The notes beneath the pieces were generated by a model, which worked only from the letters and a program-made list of their open reading frames with translations, had not been told where the DNA came from and did no database searches. A DNA stretch of 64,000 bases, from positions 416,268,001-416,332,000 of the forward strand of contig OZ024740.1 of assembly GCA_964016885.1 (NCBI GenBank), read 5' to 3'. Within the stretch, counting starts at the first letter, position 1. Every line of letters starts with the position of its first letter. A program made the translations under genes and the position numbers. Of this stretch, positions 1 to 12,587 are shown piece after piece. Source of the DNA: Eledone cirrhosa. Its lineage: Eukaryota.

Positions 1-1770
1 CCAGTCAAATATTGGGGTCAGTTGAATCAACTTTTCCTTCCTAAATAACTAGGGTTGTGTCTAAATTAGAAATCATTATCACTGTACACCCTTCATCCAT
101 CTCTCTCTCACCTGTACCAGCATCCTTCACTGTTAACTCTATTTCTTCCATTGCTGCTATACCACTTACCTCTTCTATTTTTTGGTATTGCCACATTACT
201 CACCTCTGCTGATGTCAACCACTACCCACTCTCATCTCTGCTACTGTCCACACATACACACCCTATCCACTCTCCCACCCACCCACACTCTCACCTCTGC
301 TGCTGTCCACCCCTACCCCCACTCTCACCCCTAGTCACCCATCCTCACCTTCACTCCTACTCCTACCTACCCACCTCCAGTCTTACCTCCACCCTGTCCT
401 CCCACCACACTCTCCCCCTGTCCAAGAGTTGAAATTAATGCATGTAAGATTCCACAGCTCTAGCATCACTCCTTCATAGTCAGCTTATGAACTCTTCAGC
501 GGACCCTCATAAATTGTCTTCCTTAGCCCCCACACCCCTTCTATTCGCACCTTGTGGCCCCTCTAATGTTGGTGTCATTACAAAATGCTCCCCAGCTGTA
601 AAACTAATGCCCAACCAAAAAAGGTAGAAAACTCTTCAGCCAATTCAAGGATATAGTCTCTTTAGTCCTGGTGTTATAATAAAATATACCCAGTATGTCA
701 AGTGGTTATCATTAAGGAGGGCATCCAACTGTAGGACCCATGCCCAAAATGTAACTTATTGAGATATAGTTACCTAACCTGTTGATGTGGACAATAGCTT
801 CAATTAAGTATTGATTTGGTCTGTAACAACCTGTCCAGCCCATGCTAGCATGGAAAAATTGATGTAAGATGGTGACATACAAACACACATACACAAATGC
901 ATACAAACAAAATGCATGCAAACACACAAAAACAAACATACACAAGCGCAAATGCATACACACACACATGCACATACATGCACGTTTGCATGATAGTAGT
1001 TTTGAGAAATTTGTATTTTTATTAAACAGAAAGCAAATTATTTAAATATTTTTCAATGTTTGGAATGACAAAAAAAAAAAAAATACTGAAACAAATAAAC
1101 TAGAAAACATTAGTATTCAATTATTATTTAGCAATTTATAATCTGATTTATTAGATATTTTAAATTTTGCAAATTTCCTTTCTGTTCATTGTATTTTTTT
1201 CATAAATGAGGATTTCCTTTATTATTAAATTGAAAATGAATAATCAAAAAATCCTAAAAAAATCTCCTCCTCTTGAAAACAAGAACAAAAAACAGTCAAC
1301 AAAAGCATGCTTGTTTCAGATGGCTTCAAGTAAAACAACCTCACCCCTCCTCAAAAGTAGAAAAAATATGCATCCCTCCTTCCTGAGACAGCAATACAGT
1401 GAGGAATTGTTAAAATGTGTTGCTTCTTGTAGTCATCAAAAGGGATGGTGAGGGATATAGTTGCTAGAGATTATATTGGTAGATGTGTAGTTGTGCTAAA
1501 ACCTCACCACTACTCAGTTTAGCTGTTCTAATGGCGTCATTTCCCCTCTCAAGTACTACAAAGTTGCAATGAATCCTAGTTTGAAGTGTCTTTAATTAAG
1601 AGTTAAGTTCATAGTGTTTTTTGTATATCCACTTAGCCTTAGTTATTGTCTTAGTCATATTCTATTGAAGGTTAGTAACTTTATTAGACTACATAGTTTT
1701 ATGTTGCTTTTAACTTTTCACTGTTTTTTTTTTTTTCTACTTTTAGAAAAATATATCTATCATGTCTGTG

Positions 1771-1817
<47 letters not shown>

Positions 1818-1986
1818 AGCAAGACACGGTTAACTGATCTAGCTTGTCTCACAATTCATCTAACCCATGTTAGCATGGAAAAATGGACATTAAATGGTAA
1901 TGATTATTATGATGATGACATATATATATATATTTAAAGAATGAATAATAACAGGTAGACATCATAAAAAGGTAATTTATTCCATG

Positions 1987-2098
1987 TGCTTACAAATGTT
2001 TCCACGGTGGTTATACAGCCTAGTTATGCTATGTGCAAATTTATAACTATTTGCAAAACTCAATTATCAAATGCTGTTACCACTGTTTCCTCAGAGCA
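1987..2098 (-). ncRNA. Type I hammerhead-ribozyme-like motif (degenerate), Penelope/retrozyme-type relic
   Basis: Minus strand reads TGCT-CTGAGGA-[AACAGTGGT..ACCACCGTG long stem II]-GAAAC-ATTT-GTA-AGCA, followed by AATAAA. Core motifs and stem I are intact; the base of stem II is mismatched. Confidence 0.55.
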
Positions 2099-2324
2099 GA
2101 ATGGTTAAAATGTAAATACCCTTAAGGAAAGTTATTGGGGAAGATAGAGTAGAAAAGGAAGAGAGAAAGAAGGGGAGAGAGAGATAAGCAGGGGTTGGAG
2201 AAATGGGAGAGAGTGGTTTGTAGAATACAGATATCTTAATCAAAATGTTGTGGTAGGGGTTTTATATATATATAATTTGTGTTAAATATTTCCGAAAAAG
2301 CAAGGTTTACTTTCTCATAGATTC

Positions 2325-2391
2325 CTCTGTCTGATGAGCGAAGTAGACATATGTTAATATTTCTAGGGTCCTGAAACCTTTGGTAATGGAG
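2325..2391 (+). ncRNA. Type I hammerhead-ribozyme-like motif (degenerate)
   Basis: CTCTGT-CTGATGA-[stem II with TAGACATAT/ATATTTCTA]-GAAAC-C-TTT-G-GTA-ATGGAG. Stem I is 6 bp with two G:U; stem III is ACC/GGT. Confidence 0.55.
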
Positions 2392-2694
2392 TAATATATT
2401 GTGTTGTTCACTTACTAAACATATATATATGTATACGTGGGTAGAAATCCATAGCTGAAACATCAAGGAAAACAGTGCTCAATCTGTTGCAAGAGAGCTT
2501 ATTTAGTATAAACAAAGTTTCATACACTTAATGTATGTACTACCATTGGTTTTGCCTCCTCCAATGTGGCCATAACTGGACCCGTGTATGAAACTGTTAT
2601 ACTATATATATATATATATGACAAGGTCAGCCAACCGAACAACCCGTCTAACCCATGATAGCATGGAAGAATGGACGTAAAATGGTGATGATGA

Positions 2695-2740
<46 letters not shown>

Positions 2741-4483
2741 GTGAGAAGTGAGAAATTTGGTAAAGCACTCAGTCCAAAGGACGAGTTCGGATTAGAGTTA
2801 ACTCCACACAAGTTGGAAATCCTTTTTAGGTGAAACACATGTTCTCAAGTATGGTTTGGTAATTGTTGCGGAATTATCTCTCTCTCTCTACAATCATCAT
2901 CATACACATATGTTCCATGCTTGCATAGTTAATGGGTTGTCACATTCTGAGGTCACACAGACAAATCAGTTTACTCTGTCTCATAGATTCCATTTGGCAT
3001 GGTTTCTATGGCTGGATGCCTTTCCTAAAGCCAACCACTTTACAATGTATACCAGGTTCATTTTCTTGTGGCATAACCATTACCACATAAAAGGGTGGAG
3101 TGGGTGTTTTCACATAGCAGGATGGATTGGGTGCTTTTTTTCATGGTACCAACACTACCATTTTATAGTGTGGGCATTTTATCATGATACCAGCACTACC
3201 ACATTTCAAAACTAGGGTGCTTGTATTCTTGGTTAGCCTGGTCGGGATTTTGTATGTGGGGATAAGAATGAGGTGATTGCTACATGTTTATATGTGGTTG
3301 GCATTATGAAGGGCATCCAGCTGTAGAAATCATTTGATATGACTTGTCTCACAATGGGACAACTCATGTAACCCATGCTAGCCTGGAAAAAATGGATGTT
3401 AGACGATTATGATGATTATATATATATATAATCAACCCATGCCAGAATGGAAAATTCAATGTAAAATGATGAAAATTGTGTAGTTAATTCAAAGCATTGT
3501 GAGATATGTTGTAAAAGGCTGATAATGTGGTAGAAAAATACGAAGAGCAAATGATGGTAAATGAAACAAAACAAAATAAAGTAATGTTTTACTCAGTGTA
3601 TTTTAGCATATTTCAGGGCTATATCCTCTTTTCAGATGCGAAGTTGAAACAGACTAGCGACAGGCATACCAGCATGGTGGGATTCCAAAGAGTTCTCACT
3701 TAATGTGGCTACCATACTTCTCTTACTAAACACTAAAATGCCAAGGATAGGTGCTTCTTGTCGTGACACCAGCATGACCACTTTACAGTTAAAATCTTCC
3801 AACATAATTTTATATAAGAACCTTGCATTAAGATACTATTTTAGTAACAGAATAATTAATAATTTTGATAAATCTCCCAAAATTCTTTAATTAATTAATT
3901 GAAATAGAGTATATTTCATTAGAAATGTGGTCATGAAAGGGTTAAGAAATTTAATGTAAAGCAAAAACAAAATGAATGTGTGTGTGTGTGTATGTGTGCA
4001 TCTGAGGAGAAGAGAGGTTGCACATGCTTATCTAGATTTATCTTTTTTTAGGATAGATATTTGGTAACATTTGTTTTTATAGTTAATCTTTTGAAAGCAT
4101 ATCATACATATATTTGATAACCAAAACTGTTTAAGAACTGAGAGATGTATATTTATGGTCATATTTTAAGTGTTATGTACTTATATTGTTTTGTCTGTGA
4201 GTTGTTTTACAGTAGAATACAGTTTTACATGACAACTGTCTATTTGATGTTTTGTTCTAATTTGAAAGAGTTGCATCTTGCTGATGTATGAGAAAGTGCA
4301 GCTTGGTGCAGTTTAGTGCAGCTTAGTACTGTATGCAAATACTATGTAGAATTGATGACTATTTCATTAGATTGAAGTGTTGAAACTGAATTTATCATCA
4401 TCATCACCACTATCATCATAATCATCACCATCACTACCATTTAATGTCCATTTTTCCACGCTAGCATGGGTTCTTCCGAAATA

Positions 4484-5740
4484 TAATGTCATCCCATAAG
4501 TAATGTCTTTTTTTTTTGACACTGTACTCTTTAAAACATGTTCCAGTATGTCTAAACAAATATTTTTTTCACAGTTGTATAAATACTGTGGAGAAAGAAA
4601 AGCTCCAATCAGCTAATTTCTGGCTTGCAGACACAAGTTTTAATTTGTTGCTTTAATAATCCTTCCAGATAATGGAAGCCACAGAAGAGCACATAAGACA
4701 CACCATGCTTTGAGTTAAAAAAGGGCAATGGTGCTACGTATACTGTAAAACATGTGCAAAAAGTGGATGGTGAAAGGTTTTTTGAATGTTCATAAGTCCC
4801 AACGATGTTTCAATAAATTTCAACAAGGGGAGTTTGACTTGGTAGCCATTACTCTGGGTACCCTGTCTCTTTTAATAATACAATGAAAGCTGCTATTGAA
4901 ACCAAATCCCCATGCAACTGTTAAAGAGTTAGAAGAGGTTAATTCAGTGGCATCAACCATCCATCTCTATTTACAGGAATGTGAAATGATGTATGAGCTT
5001 GGCAAGTAGATTTTACATGAACTGAGTGAAAACAAAGACAACGCCACAGCATCTGCACTGCTCTTCATTCTTGAGAGCGTAAGTGTCCATTTTTAAAATG
5101 TCTTGTAACTTGTGATGAAAAGTGGATACTCTATAAGAATGTTAAATGCAGATGGCTGTGGGTTCAATCAGGACAACAAGCAAAATCTTATCTGAAACAA
5201 GATCTTCATCCTCAGAATGTTTTGTGAAGTGTTTGGTGGGATATGACAAGTGTAAAACACATTGAAACCTCACCCTGCCACAAAATCAGACAATCTCAAG
5301 TATACTGTAAATAAACCAACTAATTGAATAGAAAATTGAAAAAAAGAATGTACTCTAGTCAATCGAAAGGGTGCCATTTCCCATCACGACACCCAACCTC
5401 ATAATGCATGGATTACATGTTCCACAAAGAACCTGTCTGGAAAAGGCTTCCACATCCTCCATATTCTCCTGACCTTGCTCCTTCAGATTATCATTTATTC
5501 TGATATTTGCAACATTTTATTAATGAAAGACACTGCAATTCTTTAGAGGCATTTGAAATGGACCTACATGGCTTTTCTCCTCAAAACCATCTGATTTCTA
5601 TAGGAATGGCATAAGAAACCCTTTACGGGGTAGGAAGAATGTTATTGACTATATACTTGGTGAAATTAGTGTGTAACTTGTGGTTTTTTATCTCTTCAAA
5701 ACCTAAAACCAAAACTGATATTACTTACGGGATGACATGA
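4484..5740 (+). mobile_element. Mariner (Tc1/mariner) transposon relic with decayed transposase
   Basis: TIRs ATGTCATCCCATAAGTAATGTC / GATATTACTTACGGGATGACAT with flanking TA. Broken frames encode MEATEEHIRH, LVTCDEKWILYKN, HHD and HPPYSPDLAPSDYHLF. Confidence 0.9.
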
Positions 5741-5804
5741 TACTTTAGCGTATTTTCCGAATATCTCAGTAATCCAATAAAGTTAGCAGATATTTTAAGT
5801 AAAT

Positions 5805-6135
5805 TCATCATCATTTCATTTTACATCCGCTTTTTCCCTGCTTGCAAGGGTGGGATGGGAACTGATTCTGGCTTGATTTCTACAGCTGGATGCCCTTCCT
5901 AACACCAACCTCATTTACAGTGAGTGCTGGGTGCTTTTTTGCCGTGGCACCTCCACGACCACTTTGCAGTGGAATGATAGGGACCCCAATCCCTATCATC
6001 TCATTTCTACAGCTGAGTAAACTGGAGCAATGTGAAATAAAGTGTCTTGCTCAAGGAAACAACACATCACCCGGTCTGAGAATTGAACTCACAACCTTTC
6101 GATTGCAAGGCCAATGCTCTAACCACTAAGCCATG
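5805..6135 (-). mobile_element. tRNA-derived SINE with RTE-type 3' tail (family A)
   Basis: Reverse complement of the 33658 copy: A box TGGCTTAGTGG, B box GAGTTCAATTC, CTTGAGCAAGACACTTTA core, repeat unit, AAGGGCATCCAGCTGTAG tail and (GAT)n end. Confidence 0.85.
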
Positions 6136-6750
6136 TAAAGCAATTTTTATTTGGATGCCTTATCCAACTGGTTACTTCATACATGTAAGAAATCTTACTC
6201 TGTTTTGAGAGATCTTAACCTTTATATGCTACTTGTTTTGAGGGAACTAGAAATGATGTTTTTTTTTGTTTGTTTTTTGTTTACATTCACAAAAGCATTC
6301 TAAATGTCTCAGAGATTTAGACATTTGTGAAAGTAATCTCATCTTGTATTCATGCACACACACACAAAGAGAAAAAATACAACCAACAGATAGGTAATCT
6401 AATGTCTTGGTGCAAAAAATAAATGTGCTTATCCCAAGATACAGTTGTTTATCTTCAAATGTGATAAATCTTCCATGAAATCAGATATTTTTTTATTTTT
6501 ATTCATGCATTTTCAAAAGACTGGATAATTTTTTTCTTTATAGCTCGGTAAACCAAGTCAAATAGAATAACATGTCCTGTCTTTATATATTAACTTCTAA
6601 CCTCTGAGCTCATAATGCAAGACTGTATTCAATATGCAGTTTTACATATACAATAGTGTATATGTAAAATATGTGTTCTGTTAGATGTGAATAGAAAATA
6701 TTGGTGCTAAGAATTCTAAAAATAAATAAATGAATAAAAGTAGTCTTTCA

Positions 6751-6910
6751 GATAATGGTTTCTGATTTAGGCACAAGGCCAACAATTTTTGGGGAGGGGA
6801 AAGTCGATTAAATCAACCCCAGTATATTACTGGTATTTTATTTTATCAACCCCATAAGGATGAAAGGTAAAACTAACCTCTGCAGGATTTGAACTCAGAA
6901 CATAAAAGGC
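6751..6910 (-). mobile_element. tRNA-derived SINE fragment (family B, (ATT)n tail)
   Basis: Homologous to the 36342-36605 copy (GAGTTCAAATCC...TTTCATCCTT..GATAAAATAAAGTACCAG...GGCCTTGTGCC). Confidence 0.75.
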
Positions 6911-7267
6911 TGTAACTATGTGCCACAATGCATGCATGGAATCATAACTCTTATCAGTCAGACAATTCTATCCAACAGGTCTGAAGTCCAGTCTGACACT
7001 TTGAGGAATACACAATTCTTTCTGTTGCCACAGAATTGTTTAGTATTTTATTATTGCACTGGGATAATTGTTGGCCTTGTGCCAAAAGTAGAAACAATTA
7101 TTATTATTGTTCACTTCAGTTCAACAGTTTATTGTGCTTCATTGTGTTGAAATAGAAATTTGTAAATTACTGATCCTTGTTCAATTCCCTATTTAAGGAA
7201 ATAAACAAGTCACTACATTAATATTATTGATTTATTATTTCTGTTTTTTTTTTTTTTTATATTGTAG

Positions 7268-7401
7268 ATCCAGAATGGGCATCATGTACATTAGGTATTT
7301 TCCTTTGTCAAGACTGTGCTGGAATACATCGCAGTCTTTCAACTGGTGTCAGTCGAATAAAGTCTATACATTTGGACAGATGGGAATCTGAACAGCTTCA
7401 G
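7268..7401 (+). CDS. ADAP1: ADAP1/centaurin-alpha-like coding exon (ArfGAP zinc finger, second CxxC and catalytic Arg); first visible exon, the preceding exon is outside the window
   Basis: Poly-T tract + TAG acceptor and CAG|GTGAAT donor. Translates (D)PEWASCTLGIFLCQDCAGIHRSLSTGVSRIKSIHLDRWESEQLQ, the ArfGAP WAS..CxxCxGIHR..SRVKSxxLD motif. Confidence 0.93.
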
Positions 7402-7424
7402 GTGAATATTTTGAAATTATACAT

Positions 7425-8108
7425 TTAACCATATTTCTAATGAAATACACTCTATTTTAATTAATGAATGAATAATTTTGAAGTATTTACAAAAATACCA
7501 AGGTAGTAACTTTATGTAAGGTCTTATATAAAATTATGCTGGAATATTTTAATTTAAGCTGGAAACCTTTAAAATGGGTGGCTTTATTTCATAGAACCAG
7601 AGCAGGTTTTGGCTGGGTTGGTAACTAAATGGTTTATCTTTTCATGACCACATTTCTAATCAAATATACTCTATTCCAATTAATTAATGAAGAATTTTGA
7701 AGGATTTACTAAAATTATTCATTATTTCATTACAAAGATAGTAACTTAATGTAGGGTTCTTATATAAAACTATGCTGGGAGAATTTAATCTAAATTGAAA
7801 ACCTTTAAAATGGGTGGCTTTATTTCATAGAACCAGAGCAGGTTTTGGCTGGGTTGGTAACTAAATGGTTTATCCTTTCATGACCACATTTCTAATCAAA
7901 TATACTCTATTCCAATTAATTAATGAAGAATTTTGAAGGATTTACTAAAATTATTCATTATTTCATTACAAAGATAGTAACTTAATGTAGGGTTCTTATA
8001 TAAAATTATGCTGGGAGAATTTAATCTAAATTGAAAACCTTTAAAATGGGTGGCTTTATTTCATAGAACCAGAGCAGGTTTTGGCTGGGCTGGCAACAAA
8101 AGGGTTAA
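7425..8108. mobile_element. Three tandem ~236-bp copies of a TTAA/CCCTTT-ended (piggyBac-like) MITE
   Basis: AAAATGGGTGGC recurs at 7571, 7807 and 8043; the array ends GGCAACAAAAGGGTTAA. Dispersed relatives at ~3790-3944 (reverse) and ~41585-41819. Confidence 0.75.
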
Positions 8109-8561
8109 AACAAGAATGATTTTATTAATTGCACTAATGCCAAAGGCAGAATCTTGTAATTTTTATGTCTTAGCTAGAGAAGGAAGGTCAGTATCCATGA
8201 CCTTTGTAGATATTTTACAACTTGTGAGAGAAAAGGAAGGAAGAAACAACACTTCCACATAGATGCTGTAGGAGGCAGCATATCACACTATCAAGTTATT
8301 CTTAAATTGAAAATCTGCTTGGAATACTTGCAACAGAGTGAACTCTGTTAAAGGCACCCTAGGGCCAGGTGAAGATATCAAAGAGAGTGAAGTGGTGGTG
8401 GTGGTGATGGTGAGAATAGTTACTAAAACGAAATGGTAGGGGCGGTTGGATATAAACAGACCAGGTCATATCTGCTGAATGATTGCTACCCAGGGGATGT
8501 GTTAGATTGTGGTGGTGGTAGTGGGGCGGGGATATATAGATATAGGAGGACACACACACAC

Positions 8562-8743
8562 ATCATCATCATCATTTTTCCATGCTGACATGGGTTGGAC
8601 AAGTCATCACAGATCTAGTCATATCTTGCAATTTTCGTTTTTGGCATGGCTTCTATAGCTGGATTCCCTTCTTAATGCCAACCATTTTACAGTGTGTACT
8701 GGGTGCATTTTATGATGGCACCAGCACTACCATTTTACAGAGT
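8562..8743 (-). mobile_element. Short RTE-tail-derived retroposon, interrupted by RTE copy 1
   Basis: On +: (CAT)n, CCATGCTGACATGGGTTGGAC, CTATAGCTGGATTCCCTTC, then 48-bp-type units. The last unit resumes at 14263. Confidence 0.7.
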
Positions 8744-9128
8744 ATCATCATCATCATCATCATCTACGTTTAACGTCCGTGTTTCATGCTTGCATGGGTT
8801 TGGACGGGGGTAGTCCCACTTGAGGCAAGAGTGATTGTCTTGCTCGCATAGGACTGTCTGGCAGGTTTTCTACAGTTGGATGCCCTTCCTAACACCAACC
8901 ACATTTACAGTGTGGGTCTGGGAGGTTTTTACCGTGTTGCCTACACGGCCACATTACAGCGTGGACTGTGTGTTTTTTTGTCGTGACACCTACACGATCT
9001 CATTTGTTTCGGCCTGGATGGCGCGGCACCAACATAACTTTACATAGAACGGGGTGGTGTGGATGGGGTGGGGGTGGTGGGACGGGGTGTATTTTGTTAG
9101 AGATGCCTACTGGCTGGAGTAGGTTTTA

Positions 9129-12100
9129 CTATATATTTAGGTAAGGCGGGTCTTCTGTTACTGAGTACCGCCAAAGGTCTTGGTCCAGTGACATTGTCTT
9201 GGAGAGGTGTAAGTGTGTGATGTCGGAGTTTATCAGCTCGTCCCAGGTTTTTCTAGGTCTGCCTATTCCGTGACTACCGTCTATCTTTATTGCCCTGCAC
9301 TTTGTTATACAGCTATCGACTTTCATGCGCATCACGTGCCCATACCAACGTAGCCTTCTCTCGAGTAAACAACATCTGATCCCTCTTATCTCTAATTTTT
9401 TCCTTAGTTCGTTTATGCTTTGCCGTTCACGTATATTACTGTTACACATCCAGCGGAGCATGCAAGCTTCGTTCCTCTCTAGTCTGCGTATACCCTCTGC
9501 ACACAATGCCCAGGTCTCACTGCCATGCAACATTGCTGTTCGTATGCAGGCATCGTACAACCTGCCTTTCATTTTTAGGGAGAACCCTTTAGCAGCTAAT
9601 AGTGGTATAAGCTCTCTGAACTTTTTCCAACCAGTTCTGACTCTAGCTACAGTACTTTCAGAGCACCGTCCCCCACTGCTGATTTTATCGCCCAGGTAAC
9701 GGAAGCTGTCCACTATTTCTATAGAACCCTCTGCGCAATTGAAAGAGCTAGTATTTTTGGGGCACTTGCTGCTACTTATTGCACCAGAACACCGGCCACA
9801 TGTAAAATCTATGTTCTTAGTTAGCTTACCTGTGATCCCACTACATCTTTTATGCACCCATACTTTGCATTTAGGACATAAAATGGAGTTTCTACCTACG
9901 CCTTTCCTACACACCGAGCACGACCATTTCCCAGAAGGGACTGCTGCCTTGTTTTCTTTCCTACAAACTAGAACTTTGGTCTTAGCCAGGTTAATTTTAA
10001 GTCCTTTTGACTCTAGGCTGTGCTTCCATGTTTGGAATTTCTTCTCTAGCTCGGCCATTGATTCCGCTATGAGTGTCAGGTTGTCTGCGTATAGGAGTTC
10101 CCATGGGCAGCCTGTCTTGAACTCCTCTGTTATAGCCTGAAGGGCAATAATAAATAGTAGGGGGCTGAGAACAGAGCCCTGATGGACGCCAACTTTTACG
10201 CTAAACTCTTCACTATATTCGTTGTTAATTCTAACCTTGCTGACTGTTTCTTTATACATGGCTTGTATAGCCCTCACAAGCCATTCGTCAACGCCTAGTT
10301 TTCTAAGAGCCCACCAGATAATGGAGCGGGGGACTCTGTCGAAGGCTTTCTCCAAGTCGACAAAAGCTAAGTAGAGGGGTTTACCTTTAGCTAGGTACTT
10401 CTGTAGTTGTCGTACTATGAAAAGAGCGTCTGTGGTACTTTTGCCTGACACAAACCCAAACTGCATTTCATCTAGGTCAATTCTCTCTCTGATTAGTTGC
10501 GCTATTACTTTTTCCGTGACCTTCATGACCTGGTCGATTAATTTAATGCCTCTATAGTTACTCCTATCTAGGGCGTCTCCTTTACCCTTATAACAGTTAA
10601 CGATGATGCTGCTATGCCAGTCCTTCGGAACAACCCCATTCTGTACGACTTGGTTAACTATGCGGGTGACCATGGTGTGTCCCACCGTGCCAGATGCCTT
10701 CAGCATCTCAGCAACTATTTCCGAAGGCCCAGCCGCCTTACCCGTCTTCATATCCTTGATTGCCTTACTTATTATACTCCCCTCGACTAACACTGCTGGT
10801 CCCTCTATTGGGTCGATATGGGGGAGACTGTCTTTCTCCCATTTATTCTCCTCATTTAGTAGCCTTTCATAGTGACACTTCCAAGCTACCTTCTTATCAG
10901 TGTCGGTGATGGCAAGTATGCCATCATCGTTAAGTACACACTTCTCCCCGACAATATCACGGTTTTCCTTGACACATTGCCTAGCAATCCTGAACACCTC
11001 ACGTTTTTGGTCATCGCGTTGTAGAACATGCTTGAACTTTCTTTCCTCAGCTTCCCTTCTTGCTAAGTACACTTCTCTCCTAGCTTCCCTCCTGGCCACT
11101 TGATAGTCTACTCTACTTCCCCCATCCCGCCATACTTTCCAAGCCTGCTTTTTGGCCTTAATTGACCCCTCCACCTTACTGTTCCACCACCATGTTACTC
11201 TCCTCCTGCCTACAGGCCTGCTCCAGCCACAGACTTCGTCTGTCGCCAACAGCAGGTTTGCTTTCAGAAATTCCCACTGTCCCTCTATATTGTCCGACTC
11301 TAAATGTTCTTCCTTACTGTCGAAAGCATCAAGTAATATGCTTTGAAATTTATTTCTGGCTGTTGGGTCCTTTAGCTTCCATATTTTTCTCCTGAGGATA
11401 GTCCTCTTCTGCTGTCGAGTACGTCTCGTCCTGACTATGAGGTCGCTAATTATCAGTCTATGTTGGGAGGTGCATTCTTCATGGGGGAGGGATTTAGTGT
11501 TTACAACAGACACTCTGTCACGTCTTCTGGTAAGGATATAATCTACCTGGCTTGTGTGTTCCCCGGATCTATAGGTGATCAGGTGATTGTCACGTTTTTT
11601 GAAGTTAGTGTTACAGATAGTTAGGTTATTTGCATCACAGAATTCCAGGATTCTGGAGCCTTCCTCATTTCTAGTACCAAACCCATAGCCTCCATGGATT
11701 TCGTCGTAGCCGTCACAATGTTGTCCAACGTGACCATTTAGGTCGCCTGCAATAATTATATAGTCACTGTCAGATATTTGGGAGGTAGTTAGCAACAGTG
11801 TCTCATAGAATCTGTCTTTTATAGTGCCGGGCAGTCCGGATTGGGGTGCGTACGCAGATATTACTGTCACCGTAGTTCTATTGAGGACAAGTCGTATTTT
11901 AATTATTCTGTCGTTCACTCTATTTACGTCTATTATCTTATCTGCCCACTTTTCTGCTACCATGATTCCTACTCCACCCAGCCCATCGTCATTTCCCACC
12001 CAGAAAAGCTTATAACATCGTTTTTTTACCCTCAATGAATCTAGCAGACCCACCCCATCCACCTGGTCTCTTGAATACAACAAACATCGACCTCCTTACG

Positions 12101-12304
12101 TTCAAGCATTTCTACAACCTCGTTAGCGTGACCCTTTAGGGTGCCTACATTTATGGTACCAACTCTGAAGTTTTGGATTGCGTTTGGAGGGTGGGGGCGG
12201 TGGGGGGCGGGGGGAGATGGGGTTATGTTAGCCATCCGCGGCCGAAACAAAGAGGAGTGCTCGCATTCTCGTCCACGAGGTGAATTTGACTTTAACTTTG
12301 GCAT
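9129..12304 (-). pseudogene. RTE ORF (AP endonuclease - reverse transcriptase with inserted PHD finger), disabled
   Basis: APE motifs GTINVGTL, CIQETRW, SAYAPQ, AGDLNGHVG, QVDYIL and SQHR; RT motifs FVDLEKAFDRV and GVHQGSVLSPLLF; RLRWYGHVMR..GRPRKTW tail. Frameshifts near 12020-12060 and YADD changed to YADN at ~10080. Confidence 0.93.
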
Positions 12305-12587
12305 TTTCGCTCTGAGCGTCCAGATTTTTCTCTCCCTTCCACTCTCCAGGATTCCGCAGTCCGTCCATCCATCCATCCATCCATCATATATCGAAGGCAA
12401 CCGGGCAAGCGATAGTATAGGCCTCTGGCTTATGATTGGTCCGCGTAATAATAATAATGGTGATGCGTGGGGGGGGGGGGGGTCTCTGGCTTATAATAAT
12501 AATGGCGATGCGTGGGGGGGGGGGCTCTGGCTTATGATTGGTCCACGTATTAAGAATGGTGGTGTGTGGGAGGGGTGTGGGGTAGCT

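Noticed and set aside
151-432. His/Pro/Leu-rich ORF
   Set aside because: Low-complexity C/A-rich tract without splice or homology support.
1206-1451. Candidate first exon of the ADAP1-like gene (MASSKTT.. after a cag)
   Set aside because: No N-terminal ArfGAP CxxC (CADC) motif and the frame stops at 1451; the true first coding exon appears to be outside the window.
3595-3640. Third hammerhead-like remnant on minus (CTGAAAAGAGG..CCCTGAAA)
   Set aside because: Core is CUGAAAA rather than CUGANGA, and stems I and III cannot be formed.
9325-12038. Plus-strand ORFs overlapping the RTE copies
   Set aside because: Antisense shadows of the RT ORF with no recognisable motifs.
12225-12300. HDV-like ribozyme near the RTE 5' end (CACCTCGTGG...GGCTAAC on minus)
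   Set aside because: RTE elements can carry HDV-like ribozymes, but I could not build P1, P1.1 or P2 pairings by eye. A descriptor search would be needed.
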